Shown here piece by piece: positions 1-23,767 of a DNA stretch of 64,000 bases (its first letter is position 1; every line of letters begins with the position of its first letter). A program made the position numbers and the translations under genes. The stretch spans positions 2,418,001 through 2,482,000 of the forward strand of contig CM022673.1 in assembly GCA_012295275.1 (NCBI GenBank). The letters run 5' to 3'. The notes beneath the pieces are model-generated. The model was not told where the DNA came from. It made no database searches and worked only from the letters and a program-made list of their open reading frames with translations. The stretch comes from Chrysomallon squamiferum (taxonomy: Eukaryota > Animalia > Mollusca).

Positions 1-2
1 AT

Positions 3-701
3 CTTGATAAATATGGAAATCTTTACATAAGTAAGGGATTTGATGTTTTGAGTGTCAGAGTACATCCACTTCAAGTTCTTTTTCCAACGAGTGCACAGAG
101 TGTAATGCAGAATGTACTCGATTTATTGCAAGACGGCAACCTGGAACAAAAACCATTACTAGTCCATGGATTTTCAGTGGGTGGATATGTATATGGAGAG
201 ATGCTCATAAAATTGAGGCAGCATCAAGAAAGGTATAAAAGTGTACGAGATCGCCTTGTTGGACAAGTATTTGACAGCCCTGTTGATTTTGAAGGCATCC
301 CCAATGGTTTTGCCAATATTCTTACATCTAACAAACTTAGTCAAGCAGCAATTAAGGCATTTCTTGAATTTTATATGCAAGCATTCAAGAACTCCATAAC
401 CAAACACTACCATCGGTCATCAGCTGCTTTTCATGAGAATGAATTGAATTTGCCTTCCTTGATGCTGTATTCCAAAACGGATCCTATTGGCGTTGCAGAC
501 AGGATTGAGCTGGTAGTATCAAAGTGGAAACAAAAGGGTATACCTGTCCACACCAAGTGTTGGGAGAATACACCACATGTTAGTCATTTCCATAGACATC
601 CAGATGAATATGTTGAAGCCATCTTAGCATTCCTTGAAGAGCTAGGTCTCTCCTACCCAGAGCAGGAAGTAGAAACACAGGCTGCAGAACGTATGCCTTA
701 A
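3..701 (+). CDS. TMEM53: TMEM53-like / DUF829 alpha-beta-hydrolase-fold protein, terminal coding exon (5'-truncated by the window edge)
   Basis: The frame is open from position 3 (LDKYGNLYISKGFDVLSVRVHP...) to TAA at 699-701, so the track's start at 48 is not the real start. It carries DUF829-type motifs LLVHGFSVGG, VFDSP, LMLYSKTD and W..TPHVSHF..HP.EY. Family call is by motif recognition; exact orthology is uncertain. Confidence 0.8.
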   Translation, partial: LDKYGNLYISKGFDVLSVRVHPLQVLFPTSAQSVMQNVLDLLQDGNLEQKPLLVHGFSVGGYVYGEMLIKLRQHQERYKSVRDRLVGQVFDSPVDFEGIPNGFANILTSNKLSQAAIKAFLEFYMQAFKNSITKHYHRSSAAFHENELNLPSLMLYSKTDPIGVADRIELVVSKWKQKGIPVHTKCWENTPHVSHFHRHPDEYVEAILAFLEELGLSYPEQEVETQAAERMP

Positions 702-1119
702 GATTATACTTTTTGTGTTTAATAAAAATAATTGACTGCATGCATTCTTTTGTTAGGATAGTTTACATCTCATTCATAACAAAATCCTGTTTGATTTATG
801 GCGTAGTATCTTATAGAGAATGAAGTATATGAACTGTAAAAATTGTTTGTTAAATAATATTTTACTTAATAATTTTATATTTGATTTGTTGAAAAGATTT
901 TTTTTTTTTTTTTTGACCATTTTTTAACTATTTAAGTTAAAGAAAAAGTAATGTTTAGTCATAACTGTTATAACACTGTTCTCTAGCTTAGAAACACCTT
1001 TTACATTTTATTTAATTTAATTTTTCACCATTTAAATCATTGGTGGTTCCATTTTTCTTCCTGGAAATGCATGTAAATATATTGAAATTGATTTGTGAAA
1101 GAAATAACATAGTTTACTC

Positions 1120-1420
1120 ACCAGTAGGTAGTGGCATAAAAAATTTCATAAATGTTATTAAAACAAAAATTTAAAAAAAAAGCATGGAAAATTATATTTC
1201 TGTCTTTTTTCCAACAAAAGTTTAATCTAGTGGCCATCTCCAAGTTTAAAAACTTAAAAACTAAAAACAATACTGTTTTAAGAAAATGTGGCATTTGCCA
1301 ACTCACATTTTTAACAATTTTATACACAAAAGCTTGAAAACTCATAGACTTGAAGATTAAAATATAGATACTAATTTTTAATTTTTTTTCTAGATTCACC
1401 CCATTATGATTTAGCCCATG
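1120..1420 (+). repeat. Dispersed repeat, copy 1 (unclassified, probably a decayed non-autonomous element)
   Basis: Shares collinear blocks with 15735-16070: cagtaggtagtggca / cagtaggtactggca, attatatttctgtcttttttccaacaaa / attatgtttctatctttattccaacaaa, tatacacaaaagcttgaaaa / tatacacagaagcatgaaaa. Confidence 0.65.
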
Positions 1421-4400
1421 AAATGTGGCTCTAAAGCCTATATATTTTTTTTATAATGCAATAAAATGCATGTTCTAAATCTGATTGTTATAATTCAGAC
1501 AGCATTTTATCAAAACAAAAACAAGCAGTGTGCTGGAAAGAAGAAATGTTGCGTTTGATTCAGTCTTTATGCCAGTACCTATGAATAGAGGCTACAATAT
1601 TGCATGATTATTTTGTTTTCACCTGACGTAACAGAACAATGTATTTTATGTAATATCATTAGTTCATGTTCTTTATTCTTGTTGCCTTTGTAGGTGACTA
1701 ATTTTAGTCAATATGTTCTTGGTAATTTTTTTATTTTATAAGCACTAGGTTTGTTTTCCACTTGAAGTAACTTTGTTTATTTTAATGGAGTATAAATTTT
1801 TACTTTGTATGAAACATTGATTTTTAAAAAGAATTTTCTTCTCTTAAACCAGGGAGTATGAATGCATATTTAATATACAAATATTTAATGTCAGAATTAG
1901 CAGATTGGTTTCCATTCATATTTTCTCTTATGTTTTATGGTGCAGTTTTGATGTTTGGTTAGAGGAACTGATTTCACCTTTTTTATACAGCTTTGAATGT
2001 TGAAGACTTTAAAGGCTAAATTATATTCAACTGCTGAAAAAAGAGAAAAGAAATCATTAATAATATACTGAATAAAACTGAATTATACATTAAATAATGC
2101 ATTATCATTAGTTCTCTTGACTATAACAACCAAATTATTGAACAAAGGTACAATCATACAATGATTTAAATCAGTGTAACATTATTTTTAACAAAATACA
2201 TTTATGTTGAATCATGACAAAAAATGAATGATTGTGGTATTTTATCCTTTCCATATAACTTATTTGAAAAAAACATTTAAAATAATTCCTGCTGTTTGAA
2301 AACCTTTATTACTGTTGTAATTTTCCTGTACATATCACGTTTTTAACAAAGTAAATAGTTATAAATTTTATTTGTTTTACAGCTCTTCACATTAATATTA
2401 GCACCCTGAAAAGTAATATTTTATTTTGTCTTTTATGAGCATGGCACATAATACAATCATATTGTTTACATCTTGAGTCATCGAGTGAAAATTGATAACA
2501 TGTAGAGATAATATATGGAAACAATTATTTATATTATTTCATGCGGTACCCTTAACAAAGGAGTGAAATGCAATCATTATGTATGAAAATCTGGATAAAA
2601 CAGCACTTTATTTTACGAAATGTATGATATATCTTTAGTGTTTTTTTGTTTTAATAAAGCATATTTCAATGTATTTTTTAAAATCACTTCATTTTTATTG
2701 CCTAGTTTTATATAGCTGATCATACTTTACTTGATCAGTATAAATGTATTATAATAAAAATGTTTGTTCTAAAGATGCCAACAATTGTAGATATAAGAGG
2801 TTTCTATGAAAAGTTAATTAAATGTATTATTAAATCATGAAAATGAATTTATATGTATATAAAGAACCAATAATTTATTTTTGAGTACAATTACTTTAAA
2901 TGTTCAGAATCATTTAACAGGTGTCAACAAACTTTGAATTGCCCTTGGAAAAGAAAGTCTCAAATTTCATTGTTCAAGCTAATGTTTTTTCCATGGAACC
3001 AAACTGTTATTATCATAGTGTAAATGAAGATAATTTTTTAAAATTTTAATCAGGTTGAGCTATGTCATGATGCAGTTGAAAACCTTTTGATAGGATACTT
3101 CTGGATTTGTTGCAAATTACAAATTTAAATTTCTTTTCCAGTTTGGCACAGTATCTTTCACTAGAGCCTTTTCTTTTTAATTTACTCTGATAATTTTAAA
3201 TTACAGCATGTATGACAATCTCAATGACCGAAGAGTGATTATATTTTTTTCATTTTATTATTTTACATATAATAACCGGTGTTTTATCATTACTACCTCA
3301 CACATTTTTATTGTTTTTTATTTTATTTGATATATACATTTTATGTCAAAAACAAAAAGAATTGGAAGTGTTGACATTTAATTAAGATATTTATATAGCC
3401 TATATAAGTATATAATTCAGGAATTGGTTTTGAATTTCCATTTGAACAGTAATAATATTATGAGTGTATTATTTTAAAAACAAAAACTTATTTTTATTTT
3501 CTTAATTATTATTTTATATTTTAACAGTAAAAATTTATAATTTGTATATTACTCATAAAATCCATTAGTGTTAAGTGTAATTGTTTATTAATGCTATCAC
3601 CAAAAAATTGCAAATACTATAGTTAATTTGTTTTTATTCATTAGACTAGGGAAGTGATAATTTTGTTTCTGGTAAATACTACCAAAATAAAAATGTTGGT
3701 CAGTGGAGGAATGTTTTCCTTTGAGAATGGTATATTAATGTACAAATAAAAAGTAAAATTAACATCCGGTGTTCATAACAAAATGTTTATGTATACAGTA
3801 TAGTGAAGCAGAGGGTTTGCTGTTTGTCACAACTTGAATAATCAATGGCTTTTAAGCAATAAACATTATCATTATGCTACACAATCTTAGAATATCGATA
3901 TTTTTCTTTAAAAATTTAAGTTTAGTTTTAATATTATTTTGATTAACATTTCTTTAATGCATAATGGTTATAAAGTAAATTCTTCTCACATTTAAATTCT
4001 TAAAAATATTTTTCACTTGAAAATAAAGTTTCAAAAAAAAGTATTGTCTTGTTTTTATGTTTACCTTAGATTGAAATAAGGAAATGTGTGGATCATTAGT
4101 TAAGGTGGTGTCATTATGAGTAGCAGTTTCAGAAAATTAATCTGCTCAGTTGTATGAAAAACAAGTAACATATTTATTTGTAAGTGATTACCTAAAACCA
4201 ATATTCTGCAATCTACTTCAGAATCACTGATTACAGATCAGGTTGTAACAGAAAACCACAAATATATTTTTTATGGAATATTTTAATACTTTAGGCATGT
4301 TTATACTAATCCCATTTATAGTTCATGCATTAGTTTGATACATCAGTTTGCATACTTTTCAACCACCTGTCCAGAATTATACATATATCCAAAGAAATTG

Positions 4401-5241
4401 TGTATGAATTGTCTGTTGTAAAATAAATGGCAGGAAAAACACACACACACACACATATATATATATACATATTTAAATAAATATATCATAAAAAGTTAAT
4501 GTCTTATTCATGTATGTATATACTATTCAGATAGAAAAATACAACACTACTTCACCATTTCACACAATACTGAATCAATGATTTTATGAATATTTTAAAA
4601 TTAAGTTAAAAATCTACTGCACACCCAATGGCTTTGTTTTCTGAAGCAGTATCGAGGTTTAGTGAATGAGAGTTCTCCACTAATTTTAGGATCTTGTATG
4701 TAATGTTTATTTTCTTAAAGTAATTGAATTACCACAGTCAAGTCCTGATATAATGTTACACTATGAATCACTTCACCTATGATTCATCAGCTATGTTAGT
4801 AAGTGAAAACTAACACTGAAATGTAAATAAACACAGTTACAATTTAAGAGATTCATTTTTCCTTTCTTGCAATATTTTCCTTTTTAATTTAATTTAATTT
4901 TTTTGCAGATGAGAATGAAATTTCCTTTATACATATATATTTTTTAAATGTATCATTTGCAGTTGTCAAAAATTATAACTGTTCAGTGAACTGCAGCTTT
5001 GTGAAAACAGAAAATTCAAGCTAAACCCACTTCCACTTTGTGATTATATTACATATTTTCTTATTAACTTTTTATTTTTTTCTTAATTCATTTTTATCCC
5101 ATGTTCTGGAATGTCATGTTTCAAGTGTAATAAAGAAACAAAGCCCAAAATGTGATCAACGGCTATTAAAAGTGAAAACTGAAGTGCTGAGAAATTTAAT
5201 CCATTGTTAAAGAATTATGAAGAATGTGGAAGACAAATCTT

Positions 5242-7210
5242 TTATCCACTATATTCCTGTGTTGTTGTTTTCTGTCCAATCCATTTGTGTACTTTGAGTT
5301 GTTTGTCAGTTAGTGCAAGAAGATACTTGTCACTATTCACTTGTATCATTACAACATCTACAACAACAGCCTGACACTGGATCTGCTGCATCATGTGACC
5401 AGTCCCTGAATCCCATATATACAACTGAAAATCAAAACAATTATTTTTATATATATAAAGTATAAATATAAAGAGTGATTTTGAAGTAGAAATAAAAAAA
5501 GGAAAAAAGGTTAACCTGCCTATATCAAAATATAAACAAACTTTTTAGCTGTTAATATTGGTAATATATAATTTCATTTGCTTGCCCAATTCTTTTAACA
5601 AAAGACTTTGTGTGAAATGTTCCTGTGGCTTTATTTTAAAATTCAATATGTAAAAATAAATTTTTAACTGAAACTTAGAACAAGTAAGAAATTGTAGGTA
5701 GAATTTAAGTGGTTTCTTTTTTTGTTTTGTTTTCTTATCTTGGTAAATTGCATCAAAAAGTTAATTTTTATTAATATATTCTTAAATTATTAACAATCCT
5801 CACCAGTAAAAATTAAAGAACATTCTTAAATCTTAACTTAAAATAAAATTTTAAAAAGTACTAATTATTCGGACAAAAAAGCACTGAAGAATAGTTTAAT
5901 TGTTAGAAAAAAGGGAATCAAGTTTTATGTTATATCTAAGGCCATTTACTGCGCACTCATTGTTAAAATATATCTAAATACATAATAATTCTAGGGACTA
6001 CCAAATCTGATTTAAAATCACAAAGACAACAAGGTATAAGGGTCATTAATTAAAAATTACTCACTGCAGTAGTTGTTTCATCACCGGCACAGACTAATAA
6101 CCTGTGTGGATTTTTAGGATGTGGGATGAGTCGAGACCTAGAAAGCATTGTTTGTGTTCGCCCACCTTGCAATGTCTGAATGATGTTGCATGAACACATG
6201 TTTTCAGCAGCAGAATCCAGACGCACACTTGCACAAGTCATTTCACACATCTTAAAAACATAAATATCTATTTAAAATACACTAAATGGACCCTTAATGC
6301 AACCATAATTGGCTACAGACAAATGTCTTAATGTAGTGGCCAGGTTATAATACTTTTTTTTTCTTCTTTTTTTTAAAAAACAGAAATGTGCTTGGTATGT
6401 AATTTTAGGCAAAACTACCAACATCTGGGCTTTCAATAAACATGCTAAAAACCATGTAACAACCATGCATCAGTATTAAATTCACTGAGTTTTTCAAAAC
6501 AAAAATTTATTAGAAGCATTATTTTGTATGTAATGCAGAAAAGCTACTGAATAATATAATGTCCATTAAAAGTTTTATAATTGAAGTGGTCACCTGATGT
6601 CTGACTGTTGGCTCTTTACTGGTTGGTCGGAAACTTGCCAGCAGCTGACGAAGATCTGGCTCAAAATCTAAACTTGTTAAGCTCCCTAAAACAAATTTGA
6701 GTATTAAAATCAAAAAGAAGAATAAAAAAAAATTAATTTCCCTTTTATAAGGAATTTAAGAGTTATGTTTTCCTTTATTTCTGAAAAGCTTTTATTAGTA
6801 TTATTTTGTTGTTGTTGTTGTTGTTGTTACTCAGTAAATGAAAAAAAAAATAAAAAAAAAATAAAAAAATAATGACTCTGATAGATGCAGAAGGTTTGCT
6901 TATATTAACATATATCATTATATGCCACTACAATAACATTTCATATTATCTATATCATTTCAATATCTGCAGAATATACAGAAATACACACACCAGCTGG
7001 CTTTGTCAGAAAGTGTGAAAAGTTGCAGGCATGCTTCAAAACAGCTTGCTCTGATTAGCATGTTAATTGTTTTTTCAGTACAAGCACACACTTGCATATA
7101 TATATATATATATCAAAGATGCCATAAATTGTTTGGTTTTCTTCTTGAAATCCAGGTTAGTAAAAGCAATTATTTAAACTCATAAATTTTAAATGCGTAT
7201 AAGATATAGA

Positions 7211-7245
<35 letters not shown>

Positions 7246-10200
7246 AGACCCAGATCATTAAAAAGCTAAAACAGGTCTGTGAACAGAAAATTTTACACAC
7301 CTTCCAGTGGCAGTATATGAAGTCGAAGATGATTGTCTGGTTTTTTCTCATAAAAACTGATCCGATCTAACTGTCCAACCAACAAACCACCGGGCCTGTG
7401 CACAAAATAAGAATATGACAGTATTCTGAATCTGTTACCCTTTACTTAATTTATTGAATAAAAAACCATGTAATACTTGTTTTGGTTTTTTTTATTCTTT
7501 TTTTAAAATTGTATCTATCTTAACGTCGGAAAAAGACTGAAAATTACTTTTTACATACAAAATAATCTTTATTCTTGTATCAGTACTGTTATTTCATACA
7601 TAAAAATATTTGAGGATTCCACATATTTTCTTTCACTATGAAAATGCCAAATATATCAAAAAGTCAAATAGAATTGCATCCATTCAAATAATTATTTAAA
7701 ATTTAGCCAAAATTGTTATGCTCTGTGAATCTGGAATTATTTTGAGAACAAAATGCACTAAATACAACAGAAATTATTTTGACACTTAAAGAATTTTTTT
7801 GAAAATAACACCAAACTTAATTTTAAAATGTAATGAAAACACTACATGATGACCAAAAAGCAGAAATGAAAAATATGAAATATGTTTTCAACGAATATTT
7901 TCACTACAACTGCCTTTAACAACTAGATATCTCTGAGTCTATATGTGTCCAAAGATCTTGATAGGAAGTGGTAAGAATTTGCTTTTACAATCACTTCAGA
8001 TGTAGCGAACACTGTATAAGGGATGAGAACTATCTACCTGAAGCTAGTGTTATGATTCTGTGGAACATACTGAAGAGCAACAACAGGTGACTTGCTATTC
8101 TCAGTGTTTATCTGCTGAATTGAAGTGGCAGTGTTGCGAATGTCAAACTCCAAAACTGTGCCGTTCTGAAGACCAGCATAAAAGAAATTGCGATCATCTG
8201 CATTCCACATGCAACTCCAAACTGGCAAGTGACTGTTGTATCTGTGAGTGAAAAATAACATTTAATATCATGTAAATCAAACAGGTATACAATTTTTTAT
8301 TTTTTGTTTTGTTCTGTTTTTTTTAGGGGGGGGTTTGATTTTATTTTTTCTTTCTGCAAAGATACTGTATTAAAAATAAAATAGAAACAAAGTTTTATTA
8401 TATTCTATGTTATATTAGAATACTACGGGTAAACAAGAAAATAAAATTAATAAATGTACCAATACAAATAAAGTACTTCTGAATACTGGAATTGAAATAT
8501 AAAAATAAAAATAATGATAAAGCAGACATCTAAGGCCCATTTTAAAAAACCCAGTAACCATGAAGCTAAATTATAATAATATTCTGAAAAAAAAGAAAAA
8601 ACAATCCCCCCAGTGAATAAAATAAAAACTATTTTTTAATGATTTTTGATATCCCAAACCTTCCATTACAAAAAAAAAAAAAAAAACAATAAAACAAGTG
8701 CAGTAAATTTGTTTTTGAAAAAGTGTTTACTCACGTTTGTACCACTGTGTTAGTAATTACACTTGTCATTTTGATAGTCCTGTCAAGAGAACATGACAGA
8801 AGAATGCCATCATCGACAACTGGATGAAAACAAATATCACGAATAGCCTTGGTGTGAATCGTCATGAACTGTGTGGTTTTGAAATCAACAGCACTGATCT
8901 AAAAAAAAATTCAAAACAAGAAAAAAAAAGGCGTAATTAGTTTTTAACACAGATTTAATGATCAACAGACTTAGCATACTTATAGGAAAAGATCTGTTAA
9001 TTAAAGAAATATTATAAACTCATCATGCTAGGTTAACATTAACTTACATTAGCTATGGGTTTAAGAGATACAGCTACTGCATGAGAAGCTAGGATTCTCT
9101 TGGTTACTGTGTCTCTATACAAAAAAATAGTCAAAGATATGTGTGCTTTCCTACAATCATATCTGAGGAAAAGCACCCATGTATAAACAATCGTTTTCTC
9201 ACCAAGAGACAGCAGTTGTTTCTTCTTCTTTTTTTATTATTATTACAAATCCACACGTGATGCAAAATGTGTTAAACACATATTCATTTAATTAATGTTT
9301 ATGAAATTAAACCTGCTCTTAAAACATGAAACGAATGCTTGTCATTTCATCAAACTATCAACTGTCATATGCTTTCTTTTCAGAGAAACAGTGTTCTTTT
9401 ATCTTGTTTCAAAAGACTGAAACTCACTTTTTTAATTCCGAATCCAGGGAAAAGTGGACTGGACGATGGCTGTGAGATAACTACAGCGGCAAGTGACTTG
9501 TTGTAAGCCAAAACTCGGCACTGACCAGCCTGCAAAAAAATAAAAATGAAAGAAACTATTATCTTATGTCTCAGCATCCCAGAGTGTTGCTATAACTTCT
9601 TTACTGCTTTAATTTCAGTTTATGTGGTGTAAAACAAATTTTACTTGCCAAAATATTTTAGTTTTAAAATTTATACTTTCACACATTTTAACTTTAAAAA
9701 AAAGCAATACAATAAATTTAAAAAATAATGAAGTCCTTCAGAATGTATTGCAGTTGTAAATTTTATGTAAAAGACTTTTATTTCCAATCATAGATTTTGT
9801 AAATTCTGAAGTGTCTAAATGTTTGAATAAAGATTTAAAAAGATACATTAATTGTGTGTGTTAAAGATTTAACTTTTGTAAAATTAAAACCAAAAAAAAC
9901 TTCAGCTTAAAAAAGAAAAAAAAAATGAAGAAAAAATCCCTTCGTATATATTTTTTTTATTTTATTTTATTTTTAAACATTTTTATTTTTATTTTTTATT
10001 TTTTTAAATTTATTATTTAAACAGAAACAGTGAACTAAATAATAAAAAAAAAGAGTTATTATTTAAAATAACTGCAGTATAAAATTAAACAAAATAGAAA
10101 GTTAAAACACAACATACATCCCATATTTTGATTGTCTTTTCAAGCACAAACTGACCGTCTGCTACTGGCTGACTACCAGAACACGAGGATTTTTCAACAC

Positions 10201-13200
10201 TTGGCTTGTTCTGACTGGAACTCAGACGTGACCTGATTGTTTTTATCAGATTCATGATAAAAGAAAACATCAGAGTTATTTTTATTTGACACATATTATA
10301 AGGAATTGTGTACACATATGTGATGTAAACATCTACCACTAGACATTAGAAGAAGTAATGGTTAAATTTTCTCAGATTTTTTATTTCTTATTTGCAGCTT
10401 TTAAACTATTATTCTGTCTTGTCAAAGCTGAAATTTGCCTACAGAGCTGCCAAATATTTGATTTAATGAACAGAATATTTCAAAATTATTAGATGGAAAA
10501 TATTTGACTGTTGATAAAATTTAAAATGGAATATCTTTATTCTGAGTTGACATGTAACAATAATAAACTTAAAACATGCTGAAAAAAAAAAAAAATCAAA
10601 AACTTTAAAAATTAATCTTCACTATTCATTTTGTTTATCTTTCATATGAATACATTATATTTTGTGATGGCAATTATATAGATACATTCCAGTATTTTTA
10701 TTTAATTTTAAATGTCTACATTTTATAAAGCATCTCCGATATATCATTTGAAAAACATCAAATTACAAAGAACGGTAACATATAATAAATATTAATGAGT
10801 TCACAAACAGTGAAAAATGAAGAGATTTAGTCAGCTGTAAGAATTCTCAGTGTGAAAATGGCAGTCAAACCTCAAAATCTCCAGTTCTCTACTCTGCCTG
10901 TCGATTTCTGCTCGCAGTCTGTTACACTCCCCCACAGCCAGCTGGTACTGCAGGCGTGTCTGAGCTCCTTCCAACTCCACCCGTCGACGTGCTTCTCTCT
11001 CTTTTTCTAGCTCATGTAATGCCTGGTCACGCTCCGTTGTGTCCAGTGACTGATTAATTTAAAAGCAATACTTAATAACCAGATAGAGCTTGATTTTGAT
11101 TCTTTAATGTCAAAGCATGTTTTTTCTCAAGTTATGGCGATAAATGAGTGTGTATTTATTTGAGATACCTTATTAGGTGCCAGTTGTGTTATTCATTAGC
11201 AATAAGATGAATTTTGTGTACACCTTTCCACTCACAGGAAAGATTATAGCATATCAATTATAAACTAGACATGGAGCAGTGGTTCAAACTTAAATAAAAC
11301 AGACTCTAGGAAGCAAAATTTAAAAGCAGTTACTGTTAAAAAATATGACTATTCATTTAAATTTAAGATTTCTGTATTTCATTTTTATTTTTCATTTAAA
11401 TAATTATTAAAATGATAATAATACCTTTATAGATTTTGTATAAAGTACCCGGATATCTTGTCGCTTTGCCTTGGCATTACACTGTGGACATTTTCCAATT
11501 TGCCCTTTCAACCATTTCTCAATACAACTGAAAATACAAATTCTTGTTGCAAAAAGTAACAGAAATAATTGTCTTGCAATTGTTTTTTTACTGAGTTCCC
11601 ACATTTTGATTTAGGAATGACTAGAATGTTAATACTGCATACTTGTAAAATAATATTAAAAATCATTAACACATTATAATTTCTGTTTCATAATTAAAAA
11701 TGTTTCAGTTTCCTCTACATAATTTTATCAGTTAAGACTTTATTTTGTGGTCTTCAAAATAACTAAGCACATATTTAATTAACTGGCACTGCATTTCTGA
11801 TTTTAATGCAGATGTAAAACTTTGCAAATGGCAAAATGCAAAATTTCTTTTTACCACAGTGAAAATTGATTTCATGATATTCTAATAATTCCATGAGAGA
11901 AAAGAAAAATATTCGTGTCAGAAATTTATTACCTCTGACCAAAAAGGTGTCCACATTTTAATGAAGCCAGTCGATGAGAACCTGACGTTGTCCAAGGATC
12001 AAAACAGATAGGACAACACTGAAATAGGTTAAAAACAATTACTTTATTATAAACAACAACACCTTGCAGCAATGTACTTTTCACCCTGCATGAAATCTAA
12101 TTCAGTGATCATGAATGAACAAAAATTCATTTATAGACATTTATGTTTATTGCTATCATTAAATTTTAGCCAGGTGATGATTAACAGCATTGTTAATATA
12201 TAAATGAGAAAATAAATTTTAGTTTTTATTACAGAACCTATATTTATCGTAATAAAGATTAAATGTCGTTCTTTTTTTAATTAATCAGTGGTTTATTACT
12301 AATTATAGCCTAAGGCAGTAAATTTTGCATTTTTTCTCACATTTAAAACTGCTGTTTACTAGTAATCCCTTAAATGGAAGTGATACTGGTTTTTCAGACT
12401 GGATCAGTGAATAGAAAGACACATGACAAACACTCACATCACTGTCTTCTTCTGGATCATTCAGTTTTCTTTTCTCTGGAGTCATAAGCTTCCGTCGTTT
12501 CGGTGACTTGAACTCCAAAACCGAGTCATTGTGGGAAGTCAAAACACGATTGTTAGCGGGGACCACTGGGAAACCTTCAGTAGCAGCAAACACAGGCTGC
12601 TGATTGACTGTTTCCAAAGAATCTGTTTGCTGGTTCTCTGACTCTGTTGAGTTTCTTTGATCACTGGCTGTCTGAACATGTTCCTGACTGGTTGATTCCA
12701 GTTGGACATTTTCATTTGACTCTTGGGATGAATTAGGCTGAACAGTCAGTGGAATATTTTCCTGATTAGAAGAGTTATCCTCAAACAGAACCTCTTCTCC
12801 TGTGTCTTCATCATGATCTGTTGTGTTCTGTGAATGATTACAAAATTTAAAAAAAAATAAAATTAAATTAAAAAATTAAATGTTTAACATTACTTGTGTT
12901 GAATTTAAACCTAAATTATTTTAAAATTTTCTAATAATAGTAATAATATAAATAAATAAATTAATGATTAATTTTGAAGTGTTAATGAAATTAATATAAC
13001 TGAAAGCTGAATTAACTAACTTTTTAAGACAAAATCGTGGAACTTCTTTGTAATACATAAAAGATGAAAATCTAGGTACGGTAAATGAAAGTGAAAAAAG
13101 ATAAGGAAAATACAGCTTTGATAAGATTAACCCATTACACATGAATTTTTTTCTACTGTTGGGTACACAACTGGGATCTAATGCAGTCAGCATTATTACT

Positions 13201-14044
13201 GTTTTCAAACAATCCATTTTATAGCAGTTAAACAAAATATTAAAATCAATATAAAAATAAAATAAAATATTACTTACATCAGAGTCTACTTCAAGAACAT
13301 CAATCTCTGGACTAGGTGGTATTTGAATGTGAACAACAGGTAATACAGATATGTCCTGAAATATATGATTTTAGAGAGGAAATTTACATAAATTTAAGAA
13401 CAAAAATATTTTAAGATACACAATAGCACCTACAAGAAAACTGCATATGCATTCATTTTATGTGCACAAATTATCAGAAACTGATAAAATTGATGTTTAT
13501 TTTCACATCAGTCTTTCCAGTTAATCTCAAACAAAAAACCAAGAGGTCATTTTGAGCTTATTTTAGTGAATACAATGGAATGAGCATTATTCAGAATACT
13601 TAAATTTATGCCCAGTACTTTTTATTATTATTTTTTTTTTTAATGTCTTTGAAATTATATATATCAGCATAAATACCATATAAAAATATAGGTCAGAGTG
13701 GGAAATTTAATATTTTAAAAAGGTCACTTATTTCTTTTAATTATTATTAAATGTATGTAATGCATAAAGCAAAAACATATTTAGCTACTGCTTTCAAGAA
13801 ATCTTTCTTGGAGAAAGTTCAGTGTTCATTTGAAAGCATATAAAACTATCTGTATTCTCTATATGAGTTAAAGCTGAAAGAGAAAAAATAATATTTAGAA
13901 TTGAAAACAGAACATTAATTCTAAAATAATTGGTGGGTCATACAGTAACTGTCTTATATAGTTATTGTTAAATCTTACACGTCCTTCTTCATCACGTTCT
14001 CGGGGTGGATTAATTATTTCAACATCACTGTCATTTTCATTCAT
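5242..14044 (-). CDS. RFWD3: E3 ubiquitin ligase RFWD3 (RING + coiled coil + WD40), 14 coding exons
   Basis: Phase-consistent GT-AG exons: 14044-13979, 13355-13278, 12827-12438, 12018-11933, 11527-11425, 11049-10871, 10232-10118, 9529-9428, 8898-8735, 8241-8038, 7395-7301, 6685-6594, 6250-6065, 5424-5242. Variant [48 protein letters not shown]. Acidic N-terminus has SQ motifs (SSQE, TSQE) and a basic SPKRRK stretch. Coiled coil begins [10 protein letters not shown] repeats include [17 protein letters not shown] and [13 protein letters not shown]. Confidence 0.95.
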
Positions 14045-14095
14045 TATCAGAATATATCCTGTTTCAAAATATAAAAGAAATTATGAATAATACAC

Positions 14096-14129
<34 letters not shown>

Positions 14130-15249
14130 AATTTATAACTGAAAAAGTTCATAAACCTAAAACGCTATGTAAATACTAAATAATTATCAATCAATTAATG
14201 AATTATTAGTCACTTTGTTACGAACTGAAACAAGATAGTAATTACTGATTAATTTATTGTCATAATTTGTTATATATTCATTAATTCTGAATATAAAATA
14301 TTCAAAACTGTTAAGACTTTTTAATAACTAACCTTAATTTACCTTCATATAAAAGAAAAAATGAAGAATTTATAGCCGTCTCACATGTAAAGCAAGTATC
14401 CTTCGAAATGTAATCATTTTATTGTTTCTTGTTAAACCTTTCCGATAAATATCAATATGTTGTTGTTATTCATTATTCAAGAAATCAATTATTGCGGCAT
14501 TCACCACAGAAAATTGACTTCAAGAAACAATATTTCGGATTTGTGGAATGTTAGTTCTAATAGTTGTTACTTTACAAATTTATATTCCTGTGGCACTGAT
14601 TAGTTATTTGAAAATATCCAAATTTGAATAATAAAATAGCATTCTATTATTCAAAAATAATTTTAAAATTAGACGGTAAAACCATTGTAAATCCTAATTT
14701 GAAAAATCAGTAACTAGTTGACAATTTCTGAACTATAATTTCTAATTTCAACGATCAAGCATTTTGTTTTGGCTCTTTCAAGGGGCATAACTCTAACTAT
14801 AAATTGATTTAAAACATCTAGCCTAAATATCACAAAAATGCTCCGTTGAGTTGAAAGCTTGCATTTTCAAAACACACGCATCCACACAATTCTAGACTTA
14901 AAAGAAGAACTTCTTTTTTTTAATTTCATTATAATTTCTAACATCCAGAAGAAAACTGAATTACTAAAGAAATCAAAATTTTCTGTATATCATATACTAT
15001 ATGATGACATTTGACGTTCAATATATCATTATATGTGTCTGTGAAAACATTTCAGATACTGATTTGTAGTGTACCTTTAATGAATTGTTGTAGATTTGCT
15101 GCTTCATTATCTGTATATTAATCATTATTCAAAGTTGAAATGTATGTAAACAAACGCTATAAAGTATGAAATATATCCCAAGAGATTGAAATAGAAAGTT
15201 AATGAAGTGCTTTAAGCTGCTAGAAGGAAATTCCAAAATAATAACAACT
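14045..15249. promoter_or_regulatory. Putative bidirectional promoter / 5' UTR region between RFWD3 and YIPF3
   Basis: The start codons diverge about 1.2 kb apart (14044 on -, 15250 on +). A minus-strand acceptor near 14059 and a donor-like GAAG|GTAAA near 14342 suggest a non-coding first exon of RFWD3. Confidence 0.55.

Positions 15250-23767
<8,518 letters not shown>

Noticed and set aside
14994-15070. Box C (ATGATGA) ... box D (CTGA) with a possible short terminal stem
   Set aside because: It sits in a promoter region rather than a clear host intron, has no recognisable rRNA/snRNA guide, and such boxes are frequent in AT-rich DNA.
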